DNA of 64,000 nucleotides, taken from the IMG/VR virus record IMGVR_UViG_3300034196_000153; one strand, 5' to 3'. A program made the position numbers and the translations under genes. Under the pieces are notes generated by a model that saw only the letters and a list, made by a program, of their open reading frames with translations, did not search any database and had not been told where the DNA came from. This document shows positions 20,998-30,533 of the stretch, piece after piece. The stretch is from an uncultured virus (IMG/VR IMGVR_UViG_3300034196_000153) (taxonomy: Duplodnaviria > Heunggongvirae > Uroviricota > Caudoviricetes). Every line of letters starts with the position of its first letter. Position 1 is the stretch's first letter.

Positions 20998-22908
20998 ATG
21001 TTAACCAAAGAAGAAATAGAAATTTTAAGCGACTCTTATGCTAATAGCTATGATAGTTATGAAGACTTCGCATTCCATAATAATTTTAGAAATAAGACGG
21101 CTGATCGGGCTGAACATAAATATAATGCTCGTTTTGATAGTTATTTTTTTAAGCTTGATTCCATGTATAATAAATTGACAGGTCAGGCATATATCGTCTC
21201 TCAACAAATGAATGAATTTAAAAAAATACATTCTGTCATTGATTTCAATGATTATAAATCCGTTCAAGATTTCTTATTTAGAACAAACTCAATGAAAGAC
21301 ATTATACGAACATTAAACAGATTAAAACCTGCCAATATTATTGAAGATCTTTCTGTTAACTTTAATGGTTGGGCAGCAATTGCAGAAGAACAAGGTGTCG
21401 ATATTTCTCAACAATTAAATAAAATTGAAACATTATGTACAGAACTTTGTGCAGAAGACATCATCTCTCCCATTTTAAGTAAACTTGAAAAAGCTCAACG
21501 CCTTTTAAGTGATGTTAATTATGATAGCCGTCTTGTCAATTCATCTAACCCTACTGATCTAGAAAAATCGACCTATATGGAAAGTTGTTTTAATTTAAAA
21601 AGACATGTTACTTTTTTTGAAAAATATTTTAATCAAGAGAATGTTTTAAATACACTCATTAAAGATAGTAAAGTTTTTGAATATATTGATCAATATAAAG
21701 CAATAAGAAAAGAGATAGTCGATACATTAATAAAAAATAAACCTGAATTTTCTTATTCATGTGCTCATAAATTTGTGACCTTATTAAATAATGCTGGGGC
21801 TGTTGAACTTATGCTTTTAGACCGTTCCAATACTGATTTGGATTCAGTTCATCGTATTCGCAATACCATTAAAATAGATGATAAAAATTCACAGGTGAGT
21901 CAAATTAATCTCTTTAATGATAACAGTATTGCTATTAAAAAATCGTCTGGTGATTGGATAAATCTTAACTCAAAAGAATTAAAAGATTCATTTATTGAAA
22001 ACTTTATGTACAAAGAATTATTCAATAAATTAAAAAGAAGTCCTACTATTGCAAAAATGTTTGTGACTAAGCTTAAAGAAGATTTTGATGAGTGTAGACA
22101 TGCATTTGTTGCCGCAAATACTTATCTTGAGTATGAAGCTATTTTAAAATCAAAAGACTATAATCTACTTGAAGAAATAGATGATTCATTATTTGAATCC
22201 TTAGATGACTCAATGAATGCTTATGTGCGTAAACATAAAATAGAGCAATATGGTTTAAGTATATCCAGCAAAAAATATCAACATCTTTATGATGAGGATG
22301 TCTTTAAAACATTAGAACTCTTATATGATTTAAAAATACCATCGAGTGAACTACAAGACAGTTTAGGTAAAAAACTGGCATCCTTTAAAACCAGTGAAGA
22401 CTTTAATAAAGGATTAAAACAACTGTACTCCATTCATAGTGGATTTAATACCGAAGCCATTATTAAAAAAGCTAATGCTGTTAATGCAGAAGTCATTAAA
22501 AATGATAACAACTTGATTATTTTAAAAATAGAGAACTTTCAACAAAGCTCAGCGGTTGGTAGCACTTCTTGGTGTATCGTTCGAGATGAGGTTCATTTTA
22601 AAAGTTATAAAGAAGATTGTCAGCAATATTTCATTTATGATCTCAATAAAGATCCTGCTGATAACCATTCGATTATTGGTGTTACATTGTATAAGGATGG
22701 ATCTCACAGTGCAGCTCACTTAAAAAATGATAATCAACTTTATAATGATGAAAATGAGTTTAAAACATTACAATTAGAGATTATTAAACATGATTTAAAA
22801 AGTTATCCGGCATTAAACGAAGAGTTAAAGTCAAAAATTAATGCTGATGCTGATCCCAAGAAACAAAGCTTATTAAAAAACATTGCAACAAAATTATTTA
22901 ATCGTTAA
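20998..22908 (+). CDS. Large hypothetical protein with GSTSWCI domain; paralog of 2077..4215
   Basis: Shared C-terminal half; start uncertain. Confidence 0.8.
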   Translation: MLTKEEIEILSDSYANSYDSYEDFAFHNNFRNKTADRAEHKYNARFDSYFFKLDSMYNKLTGQAYIVSQQMNEFKKIHSVIDFNDYKSVQDFLFRTNSMKDIIRTLNRLKPANIIEDLSVNFNGWAAIAEEQGVDISQQLNKIETLCTELCAEDIISPILSKLEKAQRLLSDVNYDSRLVNSSNPTDLEKSTYMESCFNLKRHVTFFEKYFNQENVLNTLIKDSKVFEYIDQYKAIRKEIVDTLIKNKPEFSYSCAHKFVTLLNNAGAVELMLLDRSNTDLDSVHRIRNTIKIDDKNSQVSQINLFNDNSIAIKKSSGDWINLNSKELKDSFIENFMYKELFNKLKRSPTIAKMFVTKLKEDFDECRHAFVAANTYLEYEAILKSKDYNLLEEIDDSLFESLDDSMNAYVRKHKIEQYGLSISSKKYQHLYDEDVFKTLELLYDLKIPSSELQDSLGKKLASFKTSEDFNKGLKQLYSIHSGFNTEAIIKKANAVNAEVIKNDNNLIILKIENFQQSSAVGSTSWCIVRDEVHFKSYKEDCQQYFIYDLNKDPADNHSIIGVTLYKDGSHSAAHLKNDNQLYNDENEFKTLQLEIIKHDLKSYPALNEELKSKINADADPKKQSLLKNIATKLFNR

Positions 22909-22920
22909 AAAAAAGACTCT

Positions 22921-23997
22921 TCATAGAGTCTTTTTGTTTCTTCTTTTATGGGTTGATTTATCTTTCTGACCACTGCCTTTTAATTTATAATAGGTTTGAT
23001 CGGCTATACTTATTTCTTCTATCTGTGATGGATATTCTTTTTTTATCTTTGCCCACAACCCTTTTGCACTGGGTGATTGGAGCGATGAACTTCTAAACAT
23101 AATATTCTTATTGTCATAGTGTTGAGCTATTTTAAAATACATTTGTGTACCTAAGCCTCTACCTTTATACTGTTCACTTATTTTTGAATAATCAACGGTA
23201 GCAATGTCATTAAAAACTTTCAATTCTCTTTGTATTTTTTTATAGTTATCTTGTAATTGAGTTTTGGTTAAATTAAAAACAATATCATGATTTAATTCTG
23301 TATGGTCTATACCTTTCTCTTTTAAATATTCCATTTTATGTTCTGGTGTGAGGTTCTTGTCTTTTTGAATGGTATAATCTTTTCCCAATAATTCTTGAAC
23401 AATTAAATCGCTTGTGTATTTTGTTTTTAAATACCCTACTTGAATATTATCTTTGTATATTCTTAATTCATCCAGTAATAGGTATGAAGTTAATGTCAGG
23501 TCACTGTTTTCAATAATCTTATATTGAAATACTTCGCCTTCTTTTGAATAGATAACACCTTCATCTTTAAGGTTACAAAAATGAGTCATAAGGCTGCTGG
23601 CTTCATTCACCTTCTCATTATTCAATGGGCCAAACTCTTTTTTGAATTGTTCTTCATTAAGTCGTGTAAATATAACATCAGTTAATTCGTCCTTTTTATA
23701 TCTATAATCAGGATTGATAAGGTGAGCATTTCCAAGTGTTGATTTGGCACCAGCTATTTCAATGAACTTATATCCCATTTTTTGAGTGTCTAGATCAGAC
23801 ATATAAGTTTGTCTAATAATTGCCTTTTTACATGCGGCTCCATTATGATTACAGGTTACCATACCAAGTTCAACTTGCTCAATATCCTTGGTTTTCTGGT
23901 AATAAGCCATAGCAAATTCAGCATCATATATTTCAGTAAATTCTTTTTTTATAGCTTCATGGATAAAATCTTTTTTAAAATACATATTAAAATACAT
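22921..23997 (-). CDS. Protein with C-terminal GNAT-like acetyltransferase domain
   Basis: ISEQYKGRGLGTQMY (acetyl-CoA binding motif A) and S.SAKGLW. Confidence 0.6.
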   Translation of the reverse strand: MYFNMYFKKDFIHEAIKKEFTEIYDAEFAMAYYQKTKDIEQVELGMVTCNHNGAACKKAIIRQTYMSDLDTQKMGYKFIEIAGAKSTLGNAHLINPDYRYKKDELTDVIFTRLNEEQFKKEFGPLNNEKVNEASSLMTHFCNLKDEGVIYSKEGEVFQYKIIENSDLTLTSYLLLDELRIYKDNIQVGYLKTKYTSDLIVQELLGKDYTIQKDKNLTPEHKMEYLKEKGIDHTELNHDIVFNLTKTQLQDNYKKIQRELKVFNDIATVDYSKISEQYKGRGLGTQMYFKIAQHYDNKNIMFRSSSLQSPSAKGLWAKIKKEYPSQIEEISIADQTYYKLKGSGQKDKSTHKRRNKKTL

Positions 23998-24111
23998 AGT
24001 TGTTAGTTCTATTGTATCATAATATATTTTACTTTAAATGTTCCTAGTAACTCTTTTAATCTTGCTTTTTTAATGTATGCTTAAAGATTAATTAACTAAA
24101 AGGGTATTATT

Positions 24112-24507
24112 ATGACAGATAAAAAAGAATATGTTCTAGCCGTGGCGTTCAGTGCTGATAAACGTAAAATATTACTCATACGCAAATTAACCCCAGAATG
24201 GCAACGTGGTTTGTTGAACGGACCCGGTGGAAAAATTGAAATGGGTGAAACTCCACTTCAAGCTATGATTCGTGAATTTAAAGAAGAAACAGGTGTTGAG
24301 ACAACAGTAGAACACTGGTCAGGTTTAGGTGCAATTGAAAGTGATGTGTTTAAAGTTTTTGTGTTTAGCATGTTTGACGATATCATTTATCAAGCAAAAA
24401 CTGTAGAAAAAGAAGTCGTTGATATCTTTAATGTGGATATAGATATGTTGGAAAAATGTGGCGTAGATAACCTTTATAAAATAGTAGAATTAGCACTTAC
24501 TCAATAA
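24112..24507 (+). CDS. NUDIX hydrolase
   Basis: Nudix box GGKIEMGETPLQAMIREFKEETGV. Confidence 0.93.
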   Translation: MTDKKEYVLAVAFSADKRKILLIRKLTPEWQRGLLNGPGGKIEMGETPLQAMIREFKEETGVETTVEHWSGLGAIESDVFKVFVFSMFDDIIYQAKTVEKEVVDIFNVDIDMLEKCGVDNLYKIVELALTQ

Positions 24508-24601
24508 TTTCAACCTATTTGAAAACATAAGACACTTCGGTGTCTCTTTTTTTTTGTGTATTCTTGTGTTAAACTGTATGAATAAACAAATGGTAGTTGT
24601 T

Positions 24602-25183
24602 ATGCTTGATGTCATAGAAGATAAAGAATTAAACGCACTTAATCAGAAAGGTTTAGATGATTTGGCTGTATTGAGACAAGTCTTTAATGTTAATGAATTG
24701 ATGCAACATTCAAAAAGTGATCATATTAAAAATTATTTTCAAAACTATTACAATGATTTACAGGTGGTCGTTTTAAGACGTGATTTTATAGATCTCTATC
24801 CAAAGATTAAACAAATAGAAACAGAGTGGAAAAATGACCTTCCAACGCTTAATACAAGCAATCTGGCGATTTCAGACAACCAGATAGAAGCTATGTTATC
24901 TCACCGTAAAAACAAGACCGTTGATGAGTTCCATTCATCCATGAAAGAAATTGGCAGTTATCTTTCTAACGATACATTAAAGAACATCGAAAAGAATAAA
25001 ATCAGCCAGAATGAATTTGTGAATCAAAAGACCGTCTACAATGTGATTGCTTCCGAGACTTTGAAAAATAATAGTCATTTGTTTAAGCTTGATATTATGA
25101 GTAATTATACAATCGGTAGTAACGATATTTTTAAATCCGACACAGTAAAACCAGTGAAACAATGGAAACCATCACATAATTAA
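24602..25183 (+). CDS. Hypothetical protein
   Basis: Long ORF between terminator and tyrS region; start uncertain. Confidence 0.6.
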   Translation: MLDVIEDKELNALNQKGLDDLAVLRQVFNVNELMQHSKSDHIKNYFQNYYNDLQVVVLRRDFIDLYPKIKQIETEWKNDLPTLNTSNLAISDNQIEAMLSHRKNKTVDEFHSSMKEIGSYLSNDTLKNIEKNKISQNEFVNQKTVYNVIASETLKNNSHLFKLDIMSNYTIGSNDIFKSDTVKPVKQWKPSHN

Positions 25184-25261
25184 GCAAGATTTTCTTGCTT
25201 TCTTTTTGTTTTTTTGATAGAATAGCCATATTAAACGAAACGCAATCAAAGGAACTACATC

Positions 25262-25315
25262 ATGAACGCTTCAAACACATTTCACTTTCAAAAGTCTTTC
25301 ACTGTTCGATATTGA
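25262..25315 (+). promoter_or_regulatory. Possible leader peptide upstream of tyrS (MNASNTFHFQKSFTVRY)
   Basis: AAGGA RBS, 17 codons, between TTGCTT/TAGAAT promoter and tyrS. Confidence 0.4.
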
Positions 25316-25411
25316 ACTTCTCCGCTCTATGCTTCTGTTAGAGGCATTATCTATTTAACTAAAAAATCAGCTACACACAAACACAATTAAATTTTCGTGG
25401 AGAAAAATATT

Positions 25412-26671
25412 ATGAACGCATTTATTCAAGAACTCAAACAACGTGGCCTCGTTTCTCAGATGACAGACGAAAGCAAAATTTCAGACCTTATGGATAATGG
25501 TTTGTCTCTATACTGCGGATTTGACCCAACAGCAGAGTCTTTGCATGTGGGTAGTCTTTTGCCATTGATTACTATGCTTCGCTTTAAGAAAGCGGGCCAT
25601 ACTGTGTTCCCATTGATTGGTGGTGCTACCGGCATGATTGGTGACCCTAGCTTTAAAGCACAAGAACGTACTTTGAATGACGCGGAAACCGTTAATCGTT
25701 TCAAAGCAGGTATTGCTGGTCAAATCAAACATATTCTGGGTGATGTAGAACTTGTTGATAACCATGATTGGACTGTTAACCTTTCAGTCATTGATTTCCT
25801 TCGTGATGTGGGTAAGCATTTCTCTGTGAATGCTATGATGAGTAAAGATTCGGTACGTAGCCGCTTGGATCGTGATGATCAAGGTATTTCTTTTACTGAG
25901 TTCTCATACCAGCTCCTGCAGTCAATGGACTTCCATCACTTGATGAAAGAGAAAAACTGCCGTCTTCAATTGGGTGGTAGCGATCAGTGGGGTAACATCA
26001 CTGCTGGTATCGACCTTATCCATCGTAAAGAAGGTAATGATGTCGTCGCCACTGGCTTGACTATTCCATTGTTGACCAAAGCAGATGGCACGAAGTTTGG
26101 TAAAAGTGAAAGTGGTGCGGTTTGGTTGTCCTCAGAAATGACCAATCCTTTTGATTTCTTCCAGTTTTGGTTGAAAGTGGCGGATGCGGATATTCCGAAG
26201 TTCTTCAAAATGCTTTCTTTTAAGTCTATTGAAGAAATTGATGCTATCCTTGAAGCTGATAAAGAACGCACTAAACCGATGGCTCAACAGCTTTTGGCCG
26301 AGGAATTAACCGCTATTGTTCATGGTCAAGCAGCACTTGATTCTGTATTGCGTAACATCAAAGCTTTGTTTGATAACAACTTTGATAGCTTGCAAGAAGA
26401 TGATTTTGTCAATCTTGAAAAGAACGGTATGGTTGCTGTTATTCCTGAGACATTGAATGTGCTTGATTTGATGGTCGCTACTGGTTTGGCTAAGTCGAAA
26501 CGACAAGGCCGAGAGTTTATCCAGAGTGGTGCTGTTCAAGTAAACGGTAACAAGTTGGTAGTCAGCGAGGATGATATGAACGCTCTTGAAATTACAGATT
26601 TCAAGTTTGGTAAATTCGCTGTCTTTCAACGTGGCAAACGAGAGTTCAGATTGATTAAAAAGCCCGCCTAG
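25412..26671 (+). CDS. tyrS: Tyrosyl-tRNA synthetase
   Basis: YCGFDPTAESLHVG (HIGH-like), GGATGMIGDPS, EFSYQLLQ, QLGGSDQWGNI, KFGKS, C-terminal S4-like domain. Confidence 0.98.
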   Translation: MNAFIQELKQRGLVSQMTDESKISDLMDNGLSLYCGFDPTAESLHVGSLLPLITMLRFKKAGHTVFPLIGGATGMIGDPSFKAQERTLNDAETVNRFKAGIAGQIKHILGDVELVDNHDWTVNLSVIDFLRDVGKHFSVNAMMSKDSVRSRLDRDDQGISFTEFSYQLLQSMDFHHLMKEKNCRLQLGGSDQWGNITAGIDLIHRKEGNDVVATGLTIPLLTKADGTKFGKSESGAVWLSSEMTNPFDFFQFWLKVADADIPKFFKMLSFKSIEEIDAILEADKERTKPMAQQLLAEELTAIVHGQAALDSVLRNIKALFDNNFDSLQEDDFVNLEKNGMVAVIPETLNVLDLMVATGLAKSKRQGREFIQSGAVQVNGNKLVVSEDDMNALEITDFKFGKFAVFQRGKREFRLIKKPA

Positions 26672-26760
26672 TGCGGGTTTTTTATTTAATTAATTGTTAA
26701 ATTGACAGTGAGTATTGTTTTGATGTATAATATGACCTAACTTTTAAATGGATTATTCCT

Positions 26761-27138
26761 ATGGCGATTTTAAAAATGAAGTTATCTGATAGGTTTACAT
26801 GGAAACAAGGTCGGCAGTCTTCTGGTTACAGTAAGATTTCTTTGCTTGAATCTATGTGGCCTATTCCTTTTGATCTCTACTTACTTAAATTTCCAGAAGG
26901 ATCTCAAATCCCTGAGCATGTTGATACAGTGGAAGAAGGATTTAGACATTACCGTTTAAACATTATTTTGAAGAAGTCTCTTTCTGGTGGTGAGTTCATG
27001 GCTGAAAAGAGTATTGTCAACTGGTCTAGGGTTAAGTTTTTTAGACCTGACATCTCAAAACATTCAGTGACAAAGGTTGTGGGTGGTTCAAGGTATGTAT
27101 TAAGTTTTGGATTTTTATTAAAAAATAAGGTGAAATAA
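26761..27138 (+). CDS. 2OG-Fe(II) oxygenase family protein
   Basis: HxD (HVD)...GGEF...H(SV)...R(YVLS) iron/2OG motifs. Confidence 0.8.
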   Translation: MAILKMKLSDRFTWKQGRQSSGYSKISLLESMWPIPFDLYLLKFPEGSQIPEHVDTVEEGFRHYRLNIILKKSLSGGEFMAEKSIVNWSRVKFFRPDISKHSVTKVVGGSRYVLSFGFLLKNKVK

Positions 27139-27140
27139 TT

Positions 27141-27395
27141 ATGAGTGAAGCGTGTTGTAAGCATGCACATGTTCCCTATATCATGGGTGACCGTGTGATT
27201 AAAAAAGAGTTTCTTGTTGAAAATTTTGGTGATAATGCCACTTTTGAACACAGGGTTGAAGCTAATCCCTACAATACACCAGAAAGAAAACTAAAAGATG
27301 TTAAAGTGACCTATGTGATTAAAGGGCAAGAAGAAATTAAACTGTGTACCTGTGAATGCCATGTTCAAGGTATGGGACTGTACGTTTTACATTAA
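27141..27395 (+). CDS. Small Cys/His-rich protein, paralog 1
   Basis: N-terminal CC, C-terminal CTCECH...LH. Confidence 0.75.
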   Translation: MSEACCKHAHVPYIMGDRVIKKEFLVENFGDNATFEHRVEANPYNTPERKLKDVKVTYVIKGQEEIKLCTCECHVQGMGLYVLH

Positions 27396-27409
27396 ATTGG
27401 AGAATTATC

Positions 27410-27661
27410 ATGTTTGCATGTTGTCAATATAGTGAAGTTAGATACATTGAAATGGATAAAAGTGTTAATAAGTCTTTTCTAACCAAGAACTTTGGCTCGG
27501 AAGCAACCACCGTATATCGAAAAGAACCCCATCCATTTAGCTCAATCAGACGACAACTTCCCGATCAGGATGTTTTATATGTTATTCATGATAATCAAGA
27601 AACAAAGCTATGTTATTGTGATTGTCATTTGAACGACCCAAACTTATGTGTTATGCATTAA
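27410..27661 (+). CDS. Small Cys/His-rich protein, paralog 2
   Basis: GGAG RBS; ACC...CYCDCH...CVMH. Confidence 0.75.
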   Translation: MFACCQYSEVRYIEMDKSVNKSFLTKNFGSEATTVYRKEPHPFSSIRRQLPDQDVLYVIHDNQETKLCYCDCHLNDPNLCVMH

Positions 27662-27683
27662 ATAAAATTAGGAGCAATACATT

Positions 27684-27926
27684 ATGGTAATGCCATGCTG
27701 CGACCACTGTTATAAGAAATATATTAAAGCCGATGGCGAGATTAGTCAGCAATTTGTTGAGTCTGCTTTTGGTAAAGGATCTGTGATTGAAGTTCGTCAA
27801 GAATCTAATCCATTTACTCGGGATAATCTCCCGTTGTTGGAACGAACTTATGTCATTAATGGCAAAAAAGAAGAATCCCTTTGCACATGTCCTTGTCATG
27901 TCGAAGGCATTAATTGTATGCATTAA
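27684..27926 (+). CDS. Small Cys/His-rich protein, paralog 3
   Basis: CCDHC...CTCPCHVEGINCMH. Confidence 0.75.
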   Translation: MVMPCCDHCYKKYIKADGEISQQFVESAFGKGSVIEVRQESNPFTRDNLPLLERTYVINGKKEESLCTCPCHVEGINCMH

Positions 27927-27938
27927 TAGGAGAATATT

Positions 27939-28229
27939 ATGGTAGCAGCATGTTGTAGGCTTTGTTACGACCAGTATTTAAAGCCGGATAGAACACTGGA
28001 TGAAGGTAAACTTCAACAATCGTATAAAAAGCGTTATAAAGCCAATGACGATGTGCCTATTATTAGTGTGCAGAAATCTTACCAACCTCAGAAAAGAGGA
28101 CGTTTTCAATTTTTAAAGAAAATGCCACCACTTGTCTTTTATTTTGAATACAAAATGGTTGTTGATGGCAAAGAAATTGAAATTTGTACCTGTGATTGCC
28201 ATATTGAAGGTGTTGTTTGTCTTCATTAA
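27939..28229 (+). CDS. Small Cys/His-rich protein, paralog 4
   Basis: CCRLC...CTCDCHIEGVVCLH. Confidence 0.75.
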   Translation: MVAACCRLCYDQYLKPDRTLDEGKLQQSYKKRYKANDDVPIISVQKSYQPQKRGRFQFLKKMPPLVFYFEYKMVVDGKEIEICTCDCHIEGVVCLH

Positions 28230-28274
28230 TAAAATTACCTAAAGTCAATTAATATAGGATAGGAGTTTCCATAC

Positions 28275-29045
28275 ATGACTGATAAGTCTAAGCATATGCG
28301 AATGTTATTGGATATCGTTAATCGAGACTATATCAATTGCGAAAAAACAATTTATCAAAATGATAAACAATGTGAACAGATAGCTATTTGTGATAATGAA
28401 TTTATTGATTATGGTGACATTAAGTTAGTTTTAAGTCCTTTTAATATCAATGGAGATCTTGAATTATTTATTGAAGATGAGCATTGCAATCATATTGATT
28501 CTTTTAGATCGAGACACTTATTTTATCATAACAGTCACTTTGATTCTTTTTTTAAAGAAAATTTCACTGTCTATGATAATGAAGCATCTATTGAAATGGT
28601 GAAGGAATACGTCAGTAAAATATCGAATTTTATTCATGAATTTCCTTCCCAAAATATAGGGAAAAGATCAATTGAGCATAGAAGTATAATAAATAACATT
28701 GATCATTGTTTAAAATTGTTTACTGTTCGTAAGTTTATTAGTTCTACTGAAATACAAGTTGAATACAATATTTGTTTGTCTTTAAGAGGAACTAAATGGA
28801 ATTCTCATTATTCTAATCATGTGTTCGGAATCTCAATTGAAAATGGTATTATTACGAAAGATTTTAAAAATAAAAACACTCCGTTAAGTTACTTTTCAAT
28901 TGATGACTTGGTATATAAAACATTTTTTACACTTCATCCAAGAATGGATACTTTTGAGAACAATACGTTTAATGGAATAAAACCTCCATTTACAAGAGAC
29001 GTGTATGATTCTATGATTATTGTGGATGAGATGCATACAATTTGA
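28275..29045 (+). CDS. Hypothetical protein, MxxI-motif family (ends DEMHTI)
   Basis: AGGAG RBS; terminal motif. Confidence 0.7.
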   Translation: MTDKSKHMRMLLDIVNRDYINCEKTIYQNDKQCEQIAICDNEFIDYGDIKLVLSPFNINGDLELFIEDEHCNHIDSFRSRHLFYHNSHFDSFFKENFTVYDNEASIEMVKEYVSKISNFIHEFPSQNIGKRSIEHRSIINNIDHCLKLFTVRKFISSTEIQVEYNICLSLRGTKWNSHYSNHVFGISIENGIITKDFKNKNTPLSYFSIDDLVYKTFFTLHPRMDTFENNTFNGIKPPFTRDVYDSMIIVDEMHTI

Positions 29046-29114
29046 TTGAAAAAAAAATAGGTGTCTGCTATACTGCTTTTATATAGTATTATTGACAAAC
29101 TTAGAGGAATTATA

Positions 29115-29918
29115 ATGATTGAACTACAACAAAAGCTAGTTAAAAACTCAATGATTTTTGATAAAAAGACGTTGTTTCAACGAAATACTAAACTGACAGA
29201 AGAGCAGGGCGAACTGGGTGAAGCCATTGTGCTTGACGACCGCTCAGAAATGCTTGAAGAAACCATTGATACCTTACTGGTTGCCGTGTCTATTCATCTT
29301 GATCTATCAGATGATTTTGACAGCTTAAATACAATCATTGCTAATGCTTTTAGTGAAAAGCGTTCATATCAAATCGAAAAAATTCATATGGGATTCATTA
29401 CTTTGACTGGTTATGTTGGTCGTTTCGCAGAAGCGATTCAAAAATATTCAGGAGTTGCCACTAGCTCTTACAAGGGTAAGGTTTCAAAGGAAGATGTGCT
29501 TGCAAGAATTGATACTGTTATTCAACAATGTGCTGTTTTGATGAATATGCAAACCAGTGATCATGATATTATTAACGAAATTATTTTGAGAAAAAATGAG
29601 AAATGGTTGAAACATGCTAGAAAAGGTTTTATTCTTGCTGACGTTAATCAGGCTGTGAATGTTGAAAAAGGTTCACCTGTCCTCAATGAAATTCGAGAAC
29701 AAATGAAATCAATGGATGAAGTTAATCCTATATTTATGGATTACGAACAGATTTCACATCGACTTAGTAATATTCAAGACATTGACCATGTGGTTCATAT
29801 TGATGAACAATACAATGACAAAAAAGATATTCTTGTTTTAAGCAATGTTCCGTTATTCGTTGCTGATAAATTGTGTAAGTATAACTCTCGTTTTAAAATT
29901 GTTTCATTTGTTAAATGA
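29115..29918 (+). CDS. MazG-like nucleotide pyrophosphohydrolase domain protein
   Basis: KLTEEQGELGEAI...EETID acidic motif; TTGACA/TATAAT promoter. Confidence 0.7.
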   Translation: MIELQQKLVKNSMIFDKKTLFQRNTKLTEEQGELGEAIVLDDRSEMLEETIDTLLVAVSIHLDLSDDFDSLNTIIANAFSEKRSYQIEKIHMGFITLTGYVGRFAEAIQKYSGVATSSYKGKVSKEDVLARIDTVIQQCAVLMNMQTSDHDIINEIILRKNEKWLKHARKGFILADVNQAVNVEKGSPVLNEIREQMKSMDEVNPIFMDYEQISHRLSNIQDIDHVVHIDEQYNDKKDILVLSNVPLFVADKLCKYNSRFKIVSFVK

Positions 29919-30021
29919 TAAAATTCTATAACACTAGATTTTTCGAAAATATTGTGTTATAATTTGCACGCAAGAAAAATGTTAATAAAGCGTAACATCA
30001 ATAAATCTAAAGGAGATTTTA

Positions 30022-30447
30022 ATGTTAACCACAATTAAAAAGCTGTTTGGTTTCAAGGGTAAAGAGGTGGAAGAAGTTGCTTATATTTCCACATTAGAAC
30101 ATGCTAAAAAAGAAGACCATGAGCGTATCTTAGCAAAAGCTAGGCAAGAACGAGAGGATCGTGAAAGACGTGAGCGTGAACGTATGCGAACATCTGACAG
30201 TGGCAGTGATGTATTTTCTAATCCATTACACCCACTTAATCCGATAAGTCCTATCAACTTTAATAATTTTGATGATGATTCATCAAGCAAACATCGTAAG
30301 CATGAAAGTGGATTCTCGGATGGTGGTAGTCCGGCTTATCATCATAATACACATGGTGGTGAAAGTGGTGGTCATAGCCCTAGTGGTGGTGGTGGTGGCG
30401 GCGGGGATAGTGGTGGTGGCGGCGATGGCGGCGGCGGTGGTGATTAA
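30022..30447 (+). CDS. Hypothetical protein with charged coiled coil and Gly-rich tail
   Basis: AAGGAG RBS; cUUCGg terminator follows. Confidence 0.7.
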   Translation: MLTTIKKLFGFKGKEVEEVAYISTLEHAKKEDHERILAKARQEREDRERRERERMRTSDSGSDVFSNPLHPLNPISPINFNNFDDDSSSKHRKHESGFSDGGSPAYHHNTHGGESGGHSPSGGGGGGGDSGGGGDGGGGGD

Positions 30448-30533
30448 TAAAGTCTCTTCGGAGGCTTTTTTATTGACCAAAATTTAAATGTTTGCTATAC
30501 TCTACCCATAGAAAACAAACAGGATTAAATCAA

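Noticed and set aside
30355..30443. GGT/GGC-rich, GC-rich low-complexity tract
   Set aside because: Explained by Gly codons in the C-terminal tail of 30022..30447
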